From NCBI GenBank assembly GCA_020848665.1, contig JADLHR010000385.1, positions 1 through 32,615 on the forward strand: a DNA stretch of 32,615 nt, read 5' to 3'. Both the position numbers and the translations under genes were made by a program. The stretch is from Anaerolineae bacterium (GTDB lineage: Bacteria; Chloroflexota; Anaerolineae; Aggregatilineales; Aggregatilineaceae). Position 1 is the first letter of the stretch. The number at the start of each line of letters is the position of its first letter. Below are positions 25,908 through 32,156 of the stretch, piece by piece. The notes below the pieces were generated by a model that saw nothing but the letters and a program-made list of their open reading frames with translations, was not told where the DNA came from and did not search any database.

Positions 25908-26621
25908 ATGGCAGCAGTCTTCAAGGGCGGGATGGCCAACAACCAGGCCACCGGTGCGACCACCAACCTGATCGGCTCGACTGACAACTGGGGCGGCGCA
26001 CCGGTCGACTCGGGCGACACGCTCATCATCTTCGGCTGCTACGGCGGCTCGGTCGCGGCGGCCGCCGACTGGCTGGACAACATGATCGGCAGCTACGGGT
26101 CGAACCCGAACTGCGGCATCCTGGCGCTGGTGAGCCATCCGAACGGCCAGTTTCACCTGGGCGCGGCGTACGCGGCGATCCAAGGCGCGACCGCCGAGCG
26201 GGTCGTGGCGATGGAGCTGAACACGCTGCGCGGCCTGCGATCGGTCGCGGTGCACCGCTACAGCGGCCTGCGAATCACGAGCGACCCATTCATCGCCGCG
26301 GCCAACGGCAACTCCCTCGCCAATACGGCGATTGCTGCCGGCAACGTCGATCCCGGTGGGTCCGGGCTGGTGCTGGCGGCGTTCGCCTCGGATCAGAGCG
26401 GCATCACGTTCGCGAGCGGCGGCAACACGCAGCGCCTGGTGGCCGACCAGCTCACGACATTCGAGCGCATCACCACCGGCGCCGGCAACGTCGCGATGTC
26501 GGGTACCGGCAGCGTGGCCACGGGCCCGAAACTCGCGCTCGCGCTCGCGTTTCGCGACACCGTGACCGGCGGTGGCGCCCAGATCATCGCCACCGGGGGC
26601 GGGCAGGTCCTGGGGATCTGA
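25908..26621 (+). CDS. Hypothetical tail-cluster protein (237 aa)
   Basis: Compact spacing and high GC3. Gly/Ala/Thr-rich. Confidence 0.5.
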   Translation: MAAVFKGGMANNQATGATTNLIGSTDNWGGAPVDSGDTLIIFGCYGGSVAAAADWLDNMIGSYGSNPNCGILALVSHPNGQFHLGAAYAAIQGATAERVVAMELNTLRGLRSVAVHRYSGLRITSDPFIAAANGNSLANTAIAAGNVDPGGSGLVLAAFASDQSGITFASGGNTQRLVADQLTTFERITTGAGNVAMSGTGSVATGPKLALALAFRDTVTGGGAQIIATGGGQVLGI

Positions 26622-26890
26622 TGCAGATCGAGACCACGCTGTTGATGGGCGCGCTCAACGTGCTGTTCGCGATTGGGTTCGCCGTCGGCGGCTGGTGGGC
26701 GAAAACGTTGTGGGATGCCGTGCAGGCGCTGCGGCGAGATCTGACCATGCTGCAGGTCAAGTTGGCTGAGGACTACACGCCGAACGAGCGCTTCGAAGCC
26801 GTTGTACGCCGCATGGAAGAGGTGTCCGATGACCTGGGCCAGAAGGTCGACCGGGTGATCGACATCCTGATCGGACGAAAGCCCTCATGA
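26621..26890 (+). CDS. Small membrane protein with an N-terminal TM and a coiled-coil tail (holin or i-spanin-like candidate)
   Basis: LLMGALNVLFAIGFAVGGWW TM segment, followed by an amphipathic helix. TGATG and ATGA coupling. Lies directly upstream of the endolysin. Confidence 0.45.
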   Translation: MQIETTLLMGALNVLFAIGFAVGGWWAKTLWDAVQALRRDLTMLQVKLAEDYTPNERFEAVVRRMEEVSDDLGQKVDRVIDILIGRKPS

Positions 26891-28008
26891 CCCGCGACGA
26901 TCTCGTCCGCGCGCTCGCTGCGCCGGCCATCCGCGCGTTCCTGCAGGCGTTACGGCTGGGCGAGGGGACGAAGGGCGCCAACGGCTACCGGACGCTGTAC
27001 GGCGGCGGCCTCTTCGAGTCGTTCGCCCGGCATCCGCACAAGCCGGTGAAGGCCGCCGGCATCACCAGCACTGCGGCGGGCGCGTACCAGTTCCTGGCTC
27101 GCACCTGGGACGAGGTCGCCGTGCAGTACGGCCTCGAGGACTTCTCGCCGCACAGCCAGGACCTGGGCGCGGTAGCGCTGCTCTACCGTCGCGGCGCGGT
27201 TGACGCCATCCTGTCCGGCCGCATCGAGGCCGCCGTGGCGCTGTGCGTCAAGGAGTGGGCCAGCCTGCCCGGCTCGCCTTACGGCCAGCCGATGGTCACC
27301 ATGCCGCAATTCCTCGCCGAATACCGCTCGGCGCTGGCCGCGCTGAGTCCCGCGCCTGGGCCTGCTGAGCAGGAGCCGTCGCCCATCGTCGAATCGAAGC
27401 CCTCCCTGGAGACCTCCCCCATGCCCGACAGTCCTACCCCCTCGACCCTCCAGACCGTCGCCACTGTCGCCGGCGCCGCCACCGGCAATCCCTGGATCGC
27501 CCCGGCGCTCGGCATCCTGTCCGGCCTGTGGCCGGAGCTGAAGGCGCTGTTCGCCGGCCCGGGAGCGTCCGAAGTCGCCCAGCGCAACGCCCGAGCCGCC
27601 GAGGCGGTCATGGGCGCCGTCATGCAAGCCACCGGCACCGAGAGCCCGCCGGACGCCGTCAAGGCGGTCCAGGCCGATCCGGTGATGGCCCAGCAGGCCC
27701 GTGCGGCGGCCGCTGACGCGCTGGATGCCTTCGGCCTGGTCGAGACCGGCGGCGGCGTCGTAGCGGCGCGCCAGTGGGCCGCCACGCCCTCCACGCCCGA
27801 GTTCTGGCGCACCGGGGCATTCTGGCTGTCGGCGGTCCTGCTGCTGCTGATCGCTGCCGGCTTCTATGCCGTGCTGCGCGACGGTTCGCCGTTCGGCAGC
27901 GACACGCGGGCCACCGTCATCGGCGCGCTGATCGCCTGCCTGAACATCGTCTGCACGTTCTGGTTCGGGCTGTCGTTCAGCCGGTCGACGAAACCGCCGG
28001 CGCAGTAA
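26887..28008 (+). CDS. Endolysin: lambda R-type lytic transglycosylase (GH104-like) N-terminal domain plus a ~195-aa C-terminal domain with predicted TM helices
   Basis: AFLQALRLGEGT, GYRTLYGGGLFESFARHP, STAAGAYQFLARTWDEV..GLEDFSPHSQD and EWASLPGSPYGQ align motif for motif with lambda R (AFLDMLAWSEGT, GYDVIVGGELFTDYSDHP, STGAGRYQLLSRWWD...GLKDFSPKSQD, IWASLPGAGYGQ). The C-terminus contains GAFWLSAVLLLLIAAGFYAVL and ATVIGALIACLNIVCTFWFGLSF. Confidence 0.88.
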   Translation: MTRDDLVRALAAPAIRAFLQALRLGEGTKGANGYRTLYGGGLFESFARHPHKPVKAAGITSTAAGAYQFLARTWDEVAVQYGLEDFSPHSQDLGAVALLYRRGAVDAILSGRIEAAVALCVKEWASLPGSPYGQPMVTMPQFLAEYRSALAALSPAPGPAEQEPSPIVESKPSLETSPMPDSPTPSTLQTVATVAGAATGNPWIAPALGILSGLWPELKALFAGPGASEVAQRNARAAEAVMGAVMQATGTESPPDAVKAVQADPVMAQQARAAAADALDAFGLVETGGGVVAARQWAATPSTPEFWRTGAFWLSAVLLLLIAAGFYAVLRDGSPFGSDTRATVIGALIACLNIVCTFWFGLSFSRSTKPPAQ

Positions 28009-28031
28009 CAGGCCCTTCGCGGGATATCTAG

Positions 28032-29594
28032 CTAGGCGGCGCGCCGACGCCGGGGGCCGAGATCGAATACTTGGCCGGTCCAGCGCACAGGGGTTTGTTC
28101 GGACACCTTACGGGACGCCACCTTATCCCCCGTTCGCACGGCGTAATGCAGCCTACAGGCGAGCGTCGCGGGATCCAATTCCACCCGCTCCAGCACCTCT
28201 GTCAGCGCCATCCGCACGTCCGGGGCATGCTGCGCCGCCCGGTCGCGGATGTCGGCGAACAGCGCGTCGAGCGCCAGGCGAACATCTGCCGGCGTCACGA
28301 CAGCGGCGTGCTGCTGCTGGTGCAGCCGCGCGTGCATCGCGGCCAGCTCGTCGACCAGCGCCGCGCGCGACGCTTCGAGGTTCGCCACCTGACGCAGCAC
28401 TGGCGCTGGATCGTCGATCTGGGCGGCCAGGTCGACCGTTCGCCCTATCCGCTGCGTCAGACCGGCAATGCGCCGCTCCAGCGCCGCGACCGAGCGGCCG
28501 TCCACCCGGCCCCCTTGATCGGCCTGCAGGGCCTGCATCACGTGTCCAACCGCCTCATCTGAGGATAGGTCGGCCTGCAGCTTGGCGAGCACGGCTGCCT
28601 CCAGCCGCTGCACGGCGATCTTGCGTCCCTTGCCCAGCCGATAGGCGCCGCAGCCGTCCGAGTGCCAGACCCGGCCGTCCGGCGCCAGCACCAGCCCGGA
28701 CAGCAGCAGCGGCGTCGCCCGGTTGCGCCGGCCGGCCGCGCCGGCTTCCATCTGCGCGAGGATCGCCTCGGCCTGCTCGTCGGTGATCAGCGCCGGGTGC
28801 GTGTCACGCTGCACCAGCCAATCGGCGCGCGGCCGCCGCTTCTCCCCCTCGGCCGTCGATCCGCCCTCCCGCTCGGCATGCATGTTCCAGACGGTGTGGC
28901 CGGCGTAGGTCAGTGCCTGCCAGTCCATGGCATGGGTGCTGGTGGCGGGCCATGGCGATCGCAGGCGCGCAATCACGGTGCCGCGCGGGATGCCTTCGGC
29001 CCGCAGCCGCAGGTAAGCGCACACCTGCGGCGCCGTGTCCTCGTCAATCACCAGCCGCGACTTGCGCACCGGCTCGCCGCCTCGGATCGCGCCGGTGGCG
29101 ACGTGCTCGAGGCGGTAGCCGCGCGGCGCCCGGCCGCCGGCTCGCCAGCCCTGACGGACGTTCTCCGCCATGCCGGCCAGCCCCTTCGCCTTGCTGATCA
29201 GCGAGTGGTATTCGTCGAACGCCTGGAAAACCGACCGCACGATCATCTCGGTCGCCGGATCGGTGTCAGGCAGGTTGCGATAGACGATCCGTACCTTTCG
29301 CGCCGCGCAGTCGCGCTCGAATACCATGGCGAGCAGCCGCCGGCGGGCGATCCGTGAGGTGTCCAGCACCAGGATCCAGTCGAACGCCCGGTCGGGCGAT
29401 TTCAGATCGGCCAGTAGCCGCTGGAAGGCCGGGCGATCCGCATCCTTGCCGGATTCGACGGCATCGGCGTATTCGTCGAGGATGGCCAGGTTGCGGGCGG
29501 CCGCCAGGTCGTGCAGGGCGCGCCGCTGTGCGTCGATCGACACATCACTGATGTCCTTGCTCGATCGCATGTACGCGACGGCGGTGTTCCTCAT
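28032..29594 (-). CDS. int: Large serine recombinase (phage integrase)
   Basis: 520 aa. N-terminal resolvase-type catalytic domain (AVAYMRSSKD...DAQRRAL...RPAFQRLL...ILVLDTSRIARR), a recombinase domain (GGRAPRGYRL) and a long C-terminal coiled-coil region. Confidence 0.92.
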   Translation of the reverse strand: MRNTAVAYMRSSKDISDVSIDAQRRALHDLAAARNLAILDEYADAVESGKDADRPAFQRLLADLKSPDRAFDWILVLDTSRIARRRLLAMVFERDCAARKVRIVYRNLPDTDPATEMIVRSVFQAFDEYHSLISKAKGLAGMAENVRQGWRAGGRAPRGYRLEHVATGAIRGGEPVRKSRLVIDEDTAPQVCAYLRLRAEGIPRGTVIARLRSPWPATSTHAMDWQALTYAGHTVWNMHAEREGGSTAEGEKRRPRADWLVQRDTHPALITDEQAEAILAQMEAGAAGRRNRATPLLLSGLVLAPDGRVWHSDGCGAYRLGKGRKIAVQRLEAAVLAKLQADLSSDEAVGHVMQALQADQGGRVDGRSVAALERRIAGLTQRIGRTVDLAAQIDDPAPVLRQVANLEASRAALVDELAAMHARLHQQQHAAVVTPADVRLALDALFADIRDRAAQHAPDVRMALTEVLERVELDPATLACRLHYAVRTGDKVASRKVSEQTPVRWTGQVFDLGPRRRRAA

Positions 29595-29763
29595 CCTGGG
29601 CGGCCTTGTCGTTGTCGATCACCAGCACCGGGCCAGCCGGGCGGACCAGATAGCGGGCCAGCAGCCGGGCGATTCCGGATACTGCCATCGGCCGGCCGAC
29701 GGATTCAACCGCCAGCGGGGTCGCGACCGGCTTCGGCGCCTCGTGCGACGGCTGATCGGTCAT
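29545..29763 (-). CDS. Small ORF (72 aa) immediately upstream of int and overlapping it by 50 nt; candidate recombination directionality factor
   Basis: ATG 29763 is ATGA-coupled to the upstream ORF. The track ORF starts at 29808. Confidence 0.35.
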   Translation of the reverse strand: MTDQPSHEAPKPVATPLAVESVGRPMAVSGIARLLARYLVRPAGPVLVIDNDKAAQDEEHRRRVHAIEQGHQ

Positions 29764-29966
29764 CGTTGCCCATGCCTCGACGGATACCAGCCGCGCTGCG
29801 CCTCGCAATACTCGATCGCACGCGTACCATCGGCCAGCCGGAACGTGTGTCGGTCGACGGCCCGCACCAGCACCAGCACAGCATCGCGCACCTGCGGCAG
29901 CTGCTCGGCCGGCACGTCGCGCAGCACAGTTTTCCAGGCACCGCTGTTGTTGACGTCGAGGTTCAT
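29760..29966 (-). CDS. Hypothetical early protein (68 aa)
   Basis: ATGA coupling at both ends. Confidence 0.45.
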   Translation of the reverse strand: MNLDVNNSGAWKTVLRDVPAEQLPQVRDAVLVLVRAVDRHTFRLADGTRAIEYCEAQRGWYPSRHGQR

Positions 29967-30535
29967 GCCATGAGCCTCAGCCGCCGGTCAGCGATCGCAG
30001 CCAACGTCGCCCCCCCCGAACTGTCGACGGGCTTCGACTCCTCGTGCCCGAGCGGCATGGCGCCCAGATCCGGCGGTAGCTTCTCCGTCTCGAGCATCTG
30101 GCGCCGAAAGTCGAGCTCCACTTGAGCGGACGCTGTCACCTGCTGCGCCAGCGTCGCGATCGCCTTGGCGTCTGCCGCCTTCATGTTGCCGGCCTTCACC
30201 GCCTCGATCGCATCGAGCAGCATTTCGCGCAGCTCGCCGCTCTTGGTTCCCATGGTTGGCTTCCCGTCGGAGGGTGTTCGATAGTTGCACCAGCTCGTCG
30301 AGCTCGTGCTGCTGATGCGCGATGGGCCGCAGGCGGTTCCAACACTGCATGCACGTGTCGCCGGGGCCTTCACCGATACGCGCTGGCCACGGTATTCGAA
30401 CTGCACCAGCAGCTCGCCCTTCGCGTAATCGAGCATGTGGCCGAACGATGCGCAGCCGAATGCGCGCAGCAGCTTCTGCATATCCTGCACGGCGCGCTCG
30501 CCGCTGGTGGCGGATTGGTAGGGCAGCGCGGTCAT
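29963..30535 (-). CDS. Hypothetical early protein (190 aa as drawn); the middle third has doubtful frame quality
   Basis: The N-terminal ~57 aa and C-terminal ~95 aa look protein-like. The central stretch PATRACSVGTACGPSRISSTSSTSWCNYRTPSDGKPT does not. Confidence 0.45.
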   Translation of the reverse strand: MTALPYQSATSGERAVQDMQKLLRAFGCASFGHMLDYAKGELLVQFEYRGQRVSVKAPATRACSVGTACGPSRISSTSSTSWCNYRTPSDGKPTMGTKSGELREMLLDAIEAVKAGNMKAADAKAIATLAQQVTASAQVELDFRRQMLETEKLPPDLGAMPLGHEESKPVDSSGGATLAAIADRRLRLMA

Positions 30536-30792
30536 CAGTAGTACCCGCCCCGGGTATCTGGATCGGCCTGCCAGCGAGCCTCAGCGGCGGCGTCCTGGGC
30601 GGCGCGTTGCGCCTCGCGCTGCTCGTCGCGGAGGTCCTGGCGATACTGCGCGCACAGACGCTCCAGCCGGTCGATCTCGTTGGCAGCCAGGTCGCCCAGC
30701 AGCGCCACCTCGTCCCAGCGCGCAGACGCGGTTCGCCAGCTCGGCAGCGCGGCGCGCAGGCGCTCGGCGACGGGGTTTGGACGGCCGGTCAT
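30535..30792 (-). CDS. Hypothetical early protein (85 aa, helical/charged)
   Basis: TGATG and ATGA coupling. High GC3. Confidence 0.5.
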   Translation of the reverse strand: MTGRPNPVAERLRAALPSWRTASARWDEVALLGDLAANEIDRLERLCAQYRQDLRDEQREAQRAAQDAAAEARWQADPDTRGGYY

Positions 30793-31520
30793 TGCAGCGG
30801 CGCCTCGAACGGATCGCGATCGCCCGTGCCATCCAGCGCCGCCGGGTACGCGCGCGCCGTGCGCTTCTTCTTCGCCGCCGGCTTCTTGCCGCCAGCAGGC
30901 TTCTTGCCGCCGCCCTTGCGGCCGCGCTTCGCCGGCTCGGTGACGGGGATGTCGTCCGGATCCTCGCCCGAAAAATCGTCGTCGCCGACCAGGTCGCGCT
31001 GGCGCGCATCCTTCTCCGGCTGCTCGTAGGTCGCAGCCTCCGGCGGCGTGATCGTCACCTCGATCGTGCTGGTGCGCGACTCGTAGAGCGCACCGACCCC
31101 CTCGGCATCCGGATGCGCCTTCATCCGGCAGCGGACCTCGACCGAGCGCTCCATCAGCTCGAACTTGAACCGGTCGAGCGTGCAGTCCGCGAGCACGACG
31201 TGATCGTCGCCCAGGAGATCGTTGGAGAAGATCTCCACGCGGGCGCCGACCATCGTGTTGCCCCAGGAGATCTTCTTGATGTGCGGGAACTTGCGCACCG
31301 GGGCGTTCGCGGGCTCGCCGTTCTCACCGACCCGCTGCGCGCTGATCGTGTCCGGGGCACGGTACAGCGCCTCGCGCAGCTTCGGCTCGAACAGATCGAG
31401 GACCTCGGGCCCGAAGGTCATCGAGATCTGGATGCCCAGCCCGACGTCCTTTTCGCCCTTGTTGTCGATGAAGTCCTTCAGGCCCTCGATGTGGGCGGGG
31501 TGCTGGTGGGTCTGGAACAT
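30789..31520 (-). CDS. Early protein (243 aa) with a globular N-terminal domain and an acidic-then-Lys/Gly-rich C-terminal tail
   Basis: The real start is ATG 31520 (MFQTHQHPAHIEGL...), 2 nt after the upstream stop. Tail sequence: DDDFSGEDPDDIPVTEPAKRGRKGGGKKPAGGKKPAAKKKRTARA. The 388-aa track ORF's N-terminus overlaps the upstream gene out of frame. Confidence 0.6.
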   Translation of the reverse strand: MFQTHQHPAHIEGLKDFIDNKGEKDVGLGIQISMTFGPEVLDLFEPKLREALYRAPDTISAQRVGENGEPANAPVRKFPHIKKISWGNTMVGARVEIFSNDLLGDDHVVLADCTLDRFKFELMERSVEVRCRMKAHPDAEGVGALYESRTSTIEVTITPPEAATYEQPEKDARQRDLVGDDDFSGEDPDDIPVTEPAKRGRKGGGKKPAGGKKPAAKKKRTARAYPAALDGTGDRDPFEAPLQ

Positions 31521-31522
31521 GG

Positions 31523-31951
31523 TCAGACCTCGTGCGTGCCTTCGACCTGGCGCGCCATCCGCGCCCGCGTGCGGTGGTGCAGCCAGTGCTGCGCCTCCTC
31601 CAGCTTCGTGAGCGCGAGCGCATTCTCGCGGCAGGCGAACGGCCCTTTCTGAAACGCCTGCAGGCGGTCGATCACGATCGCGATCAGCGCTTCGTGCGTG
31701 ACGCCGTTGACGCCGGCCTCGGCGATCGGACCGTTCTGGAACAGAATCCTCGCGTGCTGGGCTGGCTCCCCATGCCGAGCGACGAACGGGCAGGACGGAT
31801 TCGTTTCCGTGTCCAATCCTCGAATCATGTAAAGGTGATTCGCGCCGCCCGAGCCGGGCTCGTCTTCGACCATGATGGTCAGCTTGTCGTTGGCCGGGTT
31901 GACCCGGTGGCTGGTGATCTCGCGCATGTGGTCCTCGGTGGTGGTGGTCAT
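31523..31951 (-). CDS. Conserved phage protein of unknown function (142 aa)
   Basis: ILFQNGPIAEAGVNGVTHEALIAIVIDRLQAFQKGPFACRENALALTKLEEAQHWLHHRTRARMARQVEGT is a motif I recall recurring, unannotated, in many phage genomes. Confidence 0.65.
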   Translation of the reverse strand: MTTTTEDHMREITSHRVNPANDKLTIMVEDEPGSGGANHLYMIRGLDTETNPSCPFVARHGEPAQHARILFQNGPIAEAGVNGVTHEALIAIVIDRLQAFQKGPFACRENALALTKLEEAQHWLHHRTRARMARQVEGTHEV

Positions 31952-31962
31952 TCAACCCAACG

Positions 31963-31974
31963 CCGCCGGCGGTT
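31963..31974. promoter_or_regulatory. Palindromic box CCGCCGGCGG+TT, copy 1 (candidate operator)
   Basis: A perfect 10-bp palindrome at 31963-31972, 12 nt upstream of the start codon at 31951. It recurs 35 bp away. Confidence 0.3.
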
Positions 31975-31997
31975 CGGCACTCGCGGGGTTGGCTCCC

Positions 31998-32009
31998 CCG
32001 CCGGCGGTT
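31998..32009. promoter_or_regulatory. Palindromic box CCGCCGGCGG+TT, copy 2 (candidate operator)
   Basis: An identical 12-mer at 31998-32009. Both copies are followed by CGG(G)CACT (31975-31981 and 32014-32021). Confidence 0.3.
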
Positions 32010-32156
32010 GTGTCGGGCACTGCTCTCGTATGGGCCGATCCCGGAAGCCGAGGCCAGCCCCTCGCGCTGGCAAACCGCGGTCGCCTTCCGGAGCCGCCGC
32101 GGACCATGGCTCGATCGCCGGCTTTCGCCGACAAAGGCCCCTTGTGCGTTCTGTGA

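Noticed and set aside
20439-26621. A diversity-generating retroelement acting on the tail-fibre genes
   Set aside because: No reverse transcriptase ORF occurs anywhere in the window, and I could not see a template/variable repeat pair by eye. A systematic self-alignment was not possible, so this rejection is soft.
28009-28031. A bidirectional intrinsic terminator between the convergent endolysin and integrase genes
   Set aside because: Only a 3-bp stem (CCC/GGG) can form, and there is no T/A tract on either side.
20439-29594. A Gin/Cin-like invertible tail-fibre segment (shufflon) driven by the nearby serine recombinase
   Set aside because: The recombinase is a 520-aa integrase type, not a ~190-aa invertase. 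All fibre genes point the same way, with no alternative inverted C-terminal cassettes or flanking inverted repeats seen.
30789-31955. A 388-aa minus-strand ORF
   Set aside because: Its N-terminal 144 aa (His/Arg/Gly/Pro-rich) overlap the well-formed 142-aa gene (31523-31951) in another frame. The real start is ATG 31520, 2 nt after that gene's stop.
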